Assembly: GCA_000182565.2 (NCBI GenBank)
Contig: KQ257471.1
Origin: Spizellomyces punctatus DAOM BR117
Taxonomy: Eukaryota
Length of the DNA stretch: 64,000 nt
Strand: one strand, 5' to 3'
A program made the position numbers and the translations under genes. Numbering within the stretch: the stretch's first letter is position 1; each line of letters starts with the position of its first letter. The notes beneath the pieces were generated by a model that saw only the letters and a program-made list of their open reading frames with translations, searched no databases and was not told where the DNA came from. Shown here piece after piece: positions 24,537 to 34,470 of this stretch.

Positions 24537-26089
24537 TTATTGTATGCAAACTTGACTCGTGCCTTCGCTTTCTCCATTCACAATCTTATCATAAGCACCC
24601 AACAAATCCCCAACAGCCAACCGAACCCCAAACATGCCAACAGCCAGCTTTCTCGACATGCGTCTCGCTTCCACACCTTGCTCAAAACATGTCACGACTT
24701 TGTCAACAAAATCCGTAACTTCATCCTCATCAAACATCCACTGATTAATACACTTGTACACTGTCGCAAAGGCACCACTCCGAACCACCACGGCAGGTGT
24801 TCCGCACGCCAGAGCCTCCGCAACCGTGAATCCAAACGTTTCTGACGCTGATGCAGAGACAAAGATATCCGCATGGGCATAGTACTGAGCAATCTCACGT
24901 TCGGAGAGGACCATCCCTGTGAAAATGACGCGATGTATGGCGGTGCTGGCTGCCATAGCCGGTGCGAGCGAGAGAGCACTGTACGGATCCCTCCGAGTAC
25001 TCGCAGGAGGGGGATTCGAGTATACATGTGATTCACCGACTGTGCTCTGTGCGAGTTGTTCTAATTGCCATCGAGAGGGTCCATCGCCTACGATGACGAG
25101 GGACGCGGTTTGGAGAGTCGGATGCGCCAAGGCACGAATGAGAAACTGAACATTCTTTTCGGGAGCCAACCGGCCAACGTAAACCAATATCGGTCCATTC
25201 GATCCCGATGGTGATGGAGATGGTATCGCTGCTGCTTCAACCACTTCCTCATCCTCTGCCGAATACGGAGGCAAAAACTCTTCAACATCCTTGACTCTCG
25301 ATCCAGTACTCTTTCGAAACCCGTTCTCTTTCCCAACTTCCCTCACCAATGCACCGCTCAGCAATCCATCCATAGTCCCTTCCTCCTTTGGCACAAACAC
25401 CTTGGTATCCAATCCACTCTTCATAAAATGAATCCGCTTGGCAAAACGATACACAACTGAATCCGCCGTGCGAGATGGAACACCCACCAAATCCGCCAAA
25501 TAAACTAACGGAACAAAATAAATCCATGTATAAATCTTTTCAATGACATCCCCGACAAGTTTATGGAGCCATGTCTTGTTGTAAAAGTATGCTTTTTTGT
25601 AGAATTCCATGTAAACGTGGTAAGAGACGTAAATCTTGACACCTCGGAGCTTGAAGAGGGGGGTGAGTGGGACCAACGGGAGGCAAAGTGGTGAGACGAG
25701 ATGGACAATGTCGTAAGGGACTGGACGGAACGGATTACAAAGTTGCCAGAGAAGTAAGAGGGGAGGGAAAAAAAACATTCTGTAAAGTGCAACATTTGTA
25801 GTGAGAAAAACCCCCCGTTTTCTGCCCAACTCGATGCCCATCAATAAAACACTCACCTCTGCGCCGGATAAAAAAAGTTGGGAACACTCGGCACAACAAG
25901 ATCACACGCTGTCCCCGCCACCGACGCAACCGTCACCTCATGCCCTTCCTCTCGATATCCCTTGACAAGGTTCTTGAATCGATTCGCAATACCAGAGACA
26001 TATGGAGGTAGGTACTCTGTTGCAACTAGAATCCGTAAAGGGCGGCCCCGAGGATGTATCCCCAGTTGAACAGTATCCCGAATCGCCAT
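24537..26089 (-). CDS. GT4 (GT-B) glycosyltransferase, SQD2/sulfoquinovosyl- or mannosyltransferase-like
   Basis: Exon 1 RILVATEYLPPYVSGIANRFKNL; exon 2 YVGRLAPEKNV, IVGDGP, DIFVSASASETFGFTVAEALACGTP; one intron at about 25780-25855. Confidence 0.85.
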
Positions 26090-26172
26090 GGTAGTCGTGA
26101 CAGACGGTACACTTTATCGTTCCTTGTTCAAATACAAGCCCCGTCACGAACGGGTTATCCAATATCGAAAAC

Positions 26173-26173
<1 letters not shown>

Positions 26174-26206
<33 letters not shown>

Positions 26207-26235
26207 GTGCGTGCGTGTGTGTGTGTGTGTGTGTG
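26174..26235. repeat. interrupted (TG)n microsatellite upstream of the GT4 gene
   Basis: Direct observation. Confidence 0.9.
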
Positions 26236-27096
26236 GTAGGTAGACAAGGGAAGGCAGCGACACTAGCGTTGGACGGCCAAACAGAAAACAAGAGTAGGGA
26301 GAAAAACCCCCCAACTCTACTCTTTATATAAAAAAGAAGCGAGAGAGAGAGAGCGGGACTTACCAAAATCCCAATCCCAATACGGCAAATCCAAACGGAA
26401 AATAACACAAAGGAAAAACTGAATTACTACTTTAGAAAAAAAAAAAATCAACCAGCTGCGGAATGCCCGACCACATGCCAACAATGAACCCAAAATAATA
26501 ATAATGATATTATTATAAAGAACACCTTTTGTTCATCCAAAAACCCAACCACGCACTCCCCCAACATAGAATAAAAAAAACCCCCTTTGTAACAAGGAAT
26601 GTTTCCTAGCCGCTCGACCCCCTCCTCCTCCATCCAACACACACACACACGTTAAAAAAGAATAATTTTGCATAACCAAAACGGGGCTTTTGAACTAAGC
26701 AAGAAACTAACATTATCCCCCCCATATTCAAGGGCACGTGTTGCATCTCAAACACACGTTGTCGTGCCATTGGGAATCATATCTCCCCTTGTTAGACCAA
26801 AAAAGAACGTGTGTTGGAGCAAGATAAAAAACGTGCAGTGGTAAAAGGGGGAGAATGATGTATACGAGCAGCAACTGGAAAACAAAACGGGTATTACACA
26901 AGTCACCTCAAGGCAACCCGACCCCCACGAGGACATTTGTATGGATGAGATCCAATAGCGAACGCGGTATGGATGACACTACTTGTACTTGTAGATGGTA
27001 AATGTTGGCTAGAAAGCTTTCGGTAAATGCCAGCGTGTGCATTTGCTAATAATACATATATTGCACATGTTATCATCTACAATATCCACACATACT

Positions 27097-29579
27097 CTAT
27101 TCGGCATCCTCTCCTTCCAAAGGAGTTGAAACAGCTTCCTCACGACCACCCTTCCCTCGTACCTTCCTCCGGTTCGCCAGCTCCTGCTCTCTCTTCTCAA
27201 TATTTGATGCCAAAAGTGAGGATCGGAATGACAGTGCTCGCGTTCGCTCAATGACTTGCTGGTAGATTGAATTGTACTGTGTGCCCATGATAACCGTGTT
27301 CTGTGAAACAGGGTCCACACATATCAGAGTGCAAATCAACAAGCCGTTGCTCTCATATCACCCACTCACCGTCTTGGAGTCAATCTTGGCGTCCATCCGC
27401 GCATTTCGGATCAGGTTCACAATCCATTTTTCACCCGCTTCAGGGCTCAAATCGAGTTTCTGGCTCACATCCTTGATGTCAATGCATTGGTGGATACGGC
27501 AGTACGTCTCAAATATGAATAACCGTCCATTCTCCTTGAAGTCCTCTTGAAGTGAAACCAAAAAGAAATCGTTGGCAATCACTTCATCACACTCCTTGAG
27601 CTTCTGCTGTGCACCGTCAAAGTCAAAGTTGACGTAAAGACACTCAATAAACTCGGTAATCGGATCCCGGTAGGCATGGGACTCTTGCTGCACTACTTTA
27701 ATCAGGTCTTTGAGGACGTTGCGGCGCTTCTTGTTCACGACGACGGCAGTGGTGAGGTAACGGAGGATCCATGGGCATGCGGTCTGGATGGTATTGAGGT
27801 ATTGCGGTTGGAAGAATAGGTCGGCAATGCCGTCCCGGCCTTTGGGGTGGTTGAAAAAGACAAAGAGAGACCAGTGAATCAGCCAGGATCGCTGTTGGAG
27901 TGCTTGGAGGTGGGAGGTGAAGTTGCGCTGTTCAATCATTTCTTTCAGTCGGTTTAGGTCGTCGTACGCGGTTTCCCAGTTTTGGGTGAGAATCTCAGCG
28001 GCGAGCTTTCCCCAGAGCGAGCTGACGTTGAGGTCGTAGTCTGTGGACTATAGCAAGAAACAGGGTTAGCACATGCCAGAGCATCATTGTGGAAGGCTTA
28101 AAAAGTCGACTTTTACGATGCCCATAACACATCCCAAATTAAAAAAACGCATGACTCACCAAAATACGAAAATGATACAGCATCTCTGCAGCGCTGGAGT
28201 AGTTACCAATGTCGTAATTGTAGAGCGCGAATTCGTAAAGTGCGTTGAGCATTTCAGGTTTGAACTGTAAGAGGGACAATGTCAGAATAGAGCTTCAAAT
28301 TCAAATATTAGAGTATCATTTGCCTTACGTTGTAGTTGTCACTTAGAAACTGGATGTTGGCGAGTTTGTCCTGCTTAAGCTGCTGGATGACGATAGGGTC
28401 CTGGATCATATCCATGATTTCGGAGCTCTGCTCCGTCAATTCCTCAAACTTTTGCAAGACACCCGCACGCCGCTCTTCGTATCCTAGTAGAGGTAACGTT
28501 CGTGGTTAGTCGAGTGGTACTCCAACAATCCTACGGCTACAGTCTACAGTATCTCCGCAAGTCATTCTCGCCAGCAGACTACACATATCCAGACTGCCTG
28601 ATGGCTGAGATGTCGCCCACCCCACCAACATCAAGCCCGTGCAGATGTGCGGCAGATCTTTGAACGAGAAAAGGAAAAAAATATAGTCAGCGATCAGTTG
28701 AGGCATAGAGTCAAAATCCTCATGCGAGAAAGGTCACATCAGAAGATGTTATCTAGCGAATAATGAGGATATAATCATAGATATCATACAGCCAAAGGAA
28801 ACCATGTATCTCATCATTTGTGACCTTCCTTCATGAGTCTCGAATTTTAACAACGTACCTGATGGTTGAAAATATCGTCCACCCCACCAACATCAGCAAA
28901 GAGACAAGCCTATACAAATGTGCGGCTGATCTTTGATAAGAAAGCAAAAAAGTACCGTTAGCAATCAGTCGATGCATAGAGTCAAAAGCTTATGCTAGGA
29001 AGGTCACATCAGAAGATGTTATCTAGCGAATAATGAGGATATAATCATAGATATCATACAGCCAAAGGAAACCATGTATCTCATCATTTGTGACCTTCCC
29101 ATCACGAGGCTCGGGTTTAACAACGTACCTGATGGTTGATTGTCGTCATTCCACTTCCATATCTGAATGCTTCCCATCCACGCTTTCACGAATCCAAATA
29201 CTCTTGCCCTCCATCAGAAGTATCATGCTTACCCGGCTCATTATCTCCCTCATCTTCCAACCCATTAATCTCTTTATAAATCTGATTGGTATAGTCAATC
29301 ATCTTCGTTTTCGAGAGAAGGTCATACTTGGCCTGCATCAAGTCTTTGTGGGAGTAGATCTATTGAAACAGAGTGAGTACTACTTGTCGTCAAGTCCCAG
29401 TAGGTCTGGTGAACCTCCATGTCAATTGCTGCGACTTGCTTTTACAGCAGCAAGCGTCAAGATCCATACTGAATGAAAAGCAACCATACCTCTTTTCCCA
29501 ACAAAAACTCGAGTAATGGAGCCACCATATGGCGGTCCAGGTAGTGACCAATCTTTGTCGTAAGGTCGTGTTGAGCCAT
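27097..29579 (-). CDS. EIF3E: translation initiation factor 3 subunit E (Int6)
   Basis: Six exons in consistent phase: 29579-29490 ([30 protein letters not shown]), 29359-29233, 28483-28329, 28264-28160, 28047-27370, 27300-27097. Hallmarks [59 protein letters not shown] (PCI domain). Confidence 0.96.
28731..28826 (-). ncRNA. C/D box snoRNA, SNORD53-like guide for LSU rRNA (copy 2)
   Basis: Minus strand: terminal stem AGGTCACA/TGTGACCT, C box ATGATGA, guide TTCCTTTGGCTGT, D' ATGA, C' ATGATTA, second antisense TTCGCTAGATA, D box CTGA. Both elements complement the conserved LSU segment UAUCUAGCGAAACCACAGCCAAGGGAAC (recalled). Intronic, same strand as host. Confidence 0.88.
29001..29096 (-). ncRNA. 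C/D box snoRNA, SNORD53-like (copy 1)
   Basis: Identical to 28731-28826 at a 270-nt offset; terminal stem extends to GGAAGGTCACA/TGTGACCTTCC. Confidence 0.88.
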
Positions 29580-30469
29580 GTTGTCCTGCTGACCTCTTGA
29601 TGGTCCGAGAAAAGCAGTTCCTAACAACCAGTTGAGCGGAAATGCTAGCCTGCCAGCCTTTGTGTTGAAGCTTCACCATATTTTCTTGAGCAGCTAACGC
29701 TAGTTGTCATGGCAATGCTTATCACGTGATACAACCGTCACACTTTCACTAGTAGTGATGATGCAGCTTATTGTTATTACTTACATCCTATCCCGTAAAA
29801 AAGTCTTTGAGTGCACTATATCTTCCATAAATATAACAGTATTTCAGTCTTCACGCATTTTATGTATATAGATGCATTATTGCATCACTGTGCCTCACTT
29901 GCTTTTCTAAGTACATCTCAACCACTAAGGTAAGTATAACTATATATAATTCAAGCTTTGTTCTTTGCTTTTGTTGATTTCATTGTTGAGCGCTATATGG
30001 AAACTGCCAACTCTGACACACATCACGGCATGTGCGCCGTCATGTGTTTTCCATGTCACTCCGAGTTAAAATATTGTATTATAAGATTTGAAAGCAACCA
30101 GAAACCTACTAGGCTGCCAATTTAAAGATACGAATAGTGGGGATATAATAGTAATGGATGGCTCCTTTCGTGATAAGCAGTATGTATCTGCACTTTGGCG
30201 TGAATTTCTTCATACAGTGTCTCCACTTCTCGTTCCGCTGCGCTGTTGGTTTGCCTAAGTGTAATTTTCTTCACTCTGCCCCATGCGTTCATCTTTGCTG
30301 CGAACTGCTCGTTAACAAGCGTCACATGGGAGTCACGCTTTCCAGTGGTCTTGATGTCGTGGCCTCAAAGTTACCAACTTCAGACGCTTGTGGTAAAAAG
30401 TGTCGTATGGTATCCAAAAGTCACAATCTACTCCTATCCGGAGAGAATACACAAAACTTGCACAGACTG

Positions 30470-30715
30470 AAACCGGTACGTGATGTGTAAGAAGCAATCT
30501 AGATGGCCACGGTCACGAATGTCAACCTAAAATGGAACTTACGCTATGTTGACATCTCTTGTCGAAACTGCGGGCTGTTCCCGAGCAGTTCACCACTGAA
30601 ACCAGCACGTGATGTGTAGGCAGCAACCATAAACAGTTCACGGTCACCAACGAAAATGGAATACGCATTGTTGACATCTCTAATCGAAACTGCCGGTGGT
30701 TCCCGAGCAGTTCAG
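30470..30715. repeat. imperfect tandem duplication, about 120-130 bp unit
   Basis: Shared blocks ACGTGATGTGTA, CACGGTCAC, AAAATGGAA, TGTTGACATCTCT, TCGAAACTGC, GTTCCCGAGCAGTTCA each occur twice in the same order. Confidence 0.8.
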
Positions 30716-32204
30716 CGCGTTTGGAGATGTAGCGTGTCTTTGTGACCGGGCACCTCTGCAGGCACAACATCTGCAGTGCATTTAGGACGTTGACGAGTTT
30801 GAGCACCGACCCGGATCCGACACCTTTCGCGAAACGAATCGCTTACTCCTACGACACGAGAAGCTTTGACCTTGGCATCAGGTGAAACTACTGACACTGA
30901 GGAGTAATGGAATCGACAATAGTTGGAACTTGTAGCAACTCCGCCATCTAGTAGGCGCTGCAAACCGGAATCTCCACAATCGAGTACGAGCCACTACGAG
31001 GAGAACTCGTTGCCACCGCATGTAAATGCAGACATGCGGTTTGCCACTAAATGCCACCAAATGTCATCAAATGTCGCAATATTCACACATTATCGAAAAA
31101 TTCCACAGAACAAAAGTTTAAAGTGAAATTGCAAGTGGTGGCGACGACTAGAGAAAAAGCATATATTCAAATTCCTCCTACCAAAGTAAGCCAGAAGCCG
31201 GAAGCCACTGGACCACGTTTACCGTTGGGAAATTGCTCCTCTCCGGATTCTACTGGGATACCACGAAATGTGGACATATTGCAATGTTCTGTGAGCTTAT
31301 CAAATCAATGATTCCATGCTGTAGAAAAAAAGTCCGTGGTGCCAGTCCTCCCCCGGTTCGCAGTGGGCCACTCCCCCCCGTTTGAAACTCTTTAAAAAGT
31401 GCACAGAAAGGCAAGCGCATATATATTCACGTGACAAGCAGAAATTAAATGAGTGTGGCTGCCGGCCTAAATTTGATTTGAGTTGTGACTTTTAAGTAGC
31501 ACAAGGTTGGACAAGGAAAAGTTAGTAGTCGGTGATCTAAACAAGGTGTGGAATAGGTAAACAAAACAAAAAATACAACGAAAAGTTAGAAGGTTGATTT
31601 GCCAACACTGTCTCAACGCTTGTATCGTTTTTTTTACGGTCATGAGAAATCGAAACCAAACCACGAGCTACTACATGGAAGGATGAAACTTTGGTGAAAT
31701 GCCAACCTTTGCTATATGGATGATGGCTGCTTTTGTTGCCAAGTGCTTTGCCTTCCCATCAAAAGAACGGCGCCTTTACGACGTAGCAAAAACAGAAAGG
31801 AACCAAAATTGAAGATGGAGATTTTGGCTATTAGTCGTATGAAAAAGTCTAAAACCTTTCATTATCTTGCGTAAAACGGCGATGGATCGGGCCAGGAGAT
31901 GGATCCTCCACCTCCTGCTTGTTTAGCTCCGTGAGTAGCTTCGCTGTTTCGAGGAAGCAGGCACGTTTTCGTGAAGGACGTCGGTGGAGTTGAAGCGAAG
32001 GGGGAATTGTGGTCTATAAAAGACCGGTCACCGGGAGTATCCCTCCTCTCGTTATCCCAGCAAAGAACATAACATCCGAGAGCTGCAGCCTTGCAAAGCA
32101 TAAATCTCTCTCCTCCCTCCTAGTCTCTTCTGAGCTTAACCAAATACCTGTAAATCCTCTTCAAACACACCTCTTTTCATATCCCAGACTCCGAACCCAC
32201 AAAA

Positions 32205-33599
32205 ATGCCTTCCCAGCAATCCGTCATTGCTGGCCTCGTTATCCTCGCCGCTATCGGCTCGGTAAATGCTGATATGCGAATTGCCTCCACGCAGAAGAAA
32301 GGTTTCTTGGACACCCAAATCCAAAAGAACCCCAATCTCGCTAATGGCCGTGACGGTTCCCTCAAGCTCACCCGTCGTCAGAACGTTGCTGTATTCCCCT
32401 ACCAAGTCCCATCGAACTTCGGTTACGCTAAGCTTGCTGCGCAGGAGAAAAATAACAACGACCAGTTCCTACGGTCCAACATTGACAACGAAGCTAACAA
32501 GCGTAACACAGCCAAAGAACAGCCCCAGGATATGACACCTTGTCGTCAGGACGCTACTCCCTTCCAAGCTCCCACTATGGCCCTCGCCGCCGGTCAAACC
32601 GTTGAAATTCCCCTCCAGTTCAACAACCCTCACGATGGCGAGTGCGAGGTCAACATCTGGACCAACATGAACCAGAAGGTTCCCGACGTCGCTCCCATTA
32701 CCCGCTTTGCCTGCGGTGGTGGATACGCCCAAAACCGTCCCAACTTCACTGTTCCTGCCGACTTCCCCAACGTCTGTGGGGCTGGCGCTGGCTGTCTCAT
32801 GCAATTGTACTGGCACTCTGTGGAACCCCGTACCTACGCCGTCTGCACACCTGTCGAAATTGGAGCTCCAGCTGGTCCCGCTGGTCAGAAGGCTCGTCTC
32901 CGTACTCGCCAGGAATCGAGTGTCAAGTTCAAGCCTGCTCTCTTGTATTCTGACTCTTTCGATACGGCCCACATCGACTCTACCCACTCTGGTTACCGTG
33001 GGCAACAACCCGACCTTGTCGGTCCCCAATTGAAGGCGCGTATCGCCCTCCAATCCTTCACTGGTAACGGTGGTTTGCTCAAGGACGCTGAGCCAAAGGC
33101 AGTCATTGCACAGCGTAACAACCTACGTGGCCAGGTCGAGGCCGCTGTGAAGAAGCTCGAGGCAAAAGCCATCAAGGAAAACAAAGCCGCTCAGGCCGCC
33201 CTCGACGCCGGAGCTGGTAAAGGAAAGAACGGTGTCTTCGAAGGTGCCAAGTACAACGTCGTCCTCAACGACAACGCCAAGCGCCAGTTCACAAACACCT
33301 ACGTTACCAACGTGGACTACGTCGGTCTTCTCGCTCAATTCGAACCCAAGTTCCAGAAGGCTGGTCTCGCACCTCAAGGCGTTGCTATCAAGGACTCGCT
33401 TGCAACACCAGAAGTCTTCGGTACCAAGGCCAACAACCTTAAGAACAAAGGAAACGCAGCCAATCTTCCAGCAAACTTTGCCGCGGCTCTTGGTCCTATT
33501 GGCAAGCGCACCCTTGCCCGCCGTGCTTTGGGCGAGGATGATGAGTTCGTCGAGCCCAACCCAGATGACGCTTTGTTCACCGAGTCTGAGGGCATTTAA
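32205..33599 (+). CDS. secreted Cys-containing protein with LPMO-like (AA11/AA17-type) motif spacing
   Basis: Intronless 464-aa ORF, strong C/T-ending codon bias, TATAAAA near 32015, signal peptide, NPHDGECEV...C...C.....CLMQLYWHSVEPRTYAVC. Confidence 0.8.
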   Translation: MPSQQSVIAGLVILAAIGSVNADMRIASTQKKGFLDTQIQKNPNLANGRDGSLKLTRRQNVAVFPYQVPSNFGYAKLAAQEKNNNDQFLRSNIDNEANKRNTAKEQPQDMTPCRQDATPFQAPTMALAAGQTVEIPLQFNNPHDGECEVNIWTNMNQKVPDVAPITRFACGGGYAQNRPNFTVPADFPNVCGAGAGCLMQLYWHSVEPRTYAVCTPVEIGAPAGPAGQKARLRTRQESSVKFKPALLYSDSFDTAHIDSTHSGYRGQQPDLVGPQLKARIALQSFTGNGGLLKDAEPKAVIAQRNNLRGQVEAAVKKLEAKAIKENKAAQAALDAGAGKGKNGVFEGAKYNVVLNDNAKRQFTNTYVTNVDYVGLLAQFEPKFQKAGLAPQGVAIKDSLATPEVFGTKANNLKNKGNAANLPANFAAALGPIGKRTLARRALGEDDEFVEPNPDDALFTESEGI

Positions 33600-33947
33600 G
33601 CAGTTTCTTTTCAACGTTGCGATGTAGATTGAGATATTCGGATGAGGGCTAGATGAGCCATTTTGTACAGTATAGGTCTGACGGATGGAAAGAGAATGGA
33701 AGTACATGGGCGCACAGTACAAATGTATCGAGTAGTATGAAGTATCGAGCGGACATAGGAGTTTCATGTTTTTCGGTTTCTGCAAGCTAGCTTATGGGGG
33801 ATGGTTGTTATTCATGCAAGCCATCATATTCCCGAAAAAAATTGTACATAAAACTATCACTGAAAAACATAAAAAAAAGAATAAAATAATTAAAAAGCAC
33901 CACGTTTGTCCCTTTCTTAGTTTTTTCGACTCTAACTTACTGCTTCG

Positions 33948-34059
33948 AAAAGCAAGGTATGAGAACTAACTTTGCAGCGTAGGAACTGAAGTGTCCCTTT
34001 CTATTTTGTCGACTGGTCAAAAAGCAAGGTATGAGAACTAGCTTTGTTGCATAGGAACT
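33948..34059. repeat. two imperfect 40-bp direct repeats upstream of tRNA-Phe
   Basis: AAAGCAAGGTATGAGAACTA(A/G)CTTTG..GC.TAGGAACT at about 33948 and 34021. Confidence 0.85.
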
Positions 34060-34133
34060 AGGCAATCTTCTGCGAGTGCGTGAGCTGTTGAATATCAAGA
34101 CATTGGTCAAGACACTCTCTCTTGTTTTCCATG

Positions 34134-34206
34134 GCTTCCTTAGCTCAGTTGGGAGAGCGTTAGACTGAAGATCTAAAGGTCTCGTGTTCAATCCACGAAG
34201 GGAGCA
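34134..34206 (+). tRNA. tRNA-Phe(GAA)
   Basis: Identical to 6991-7063. Confidence 0.97.
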
Positions 34207-34397
34207 GTCAAACAATCTGGACCGCATTTTTTTTTTTCAGTTATCTATCCTGAACAGGATGGTGTCCTTTTTTTGATGTTCGTCAAATTACATCCACTGC
34301 TGTGTTATCCCCAATGCGAGCCCCTGCTGCAGATCTCGTAGTTACTGAGAGCGTATTGCAAATGCACAATACTGACAAAGATTTGTAAATTTTAACA

Positions 34398-34470
34398 GCT
34401 TCCTTAGCTCAGTTGGGAGAGCGTTAGACTGAAGATCTAAAGGTCTCGTGTTCAATCCACGAAGGGAGCA
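34398..34470 (+). tRNA. tRNA-Phe(GAA)
   Basis: Identical to 6991-7063. Confidence 0.97.

Noticed and set aside
28731-29096. Identical direct repeats with terminal inverted repeats read as a MITE, LTR pair or CRISPR-like array
   Set aside because: C, D', C' and D boxes plus rRNA complementarity explain the unit as a snoRNA; only two copies, no target-site duplications, no transposase or cas genes.
29360-29489. eIF3e intron 1 (130 nt) as another snoRNA host
   Set aside because: No C/D box pair or convincing H/ACA structure visible.
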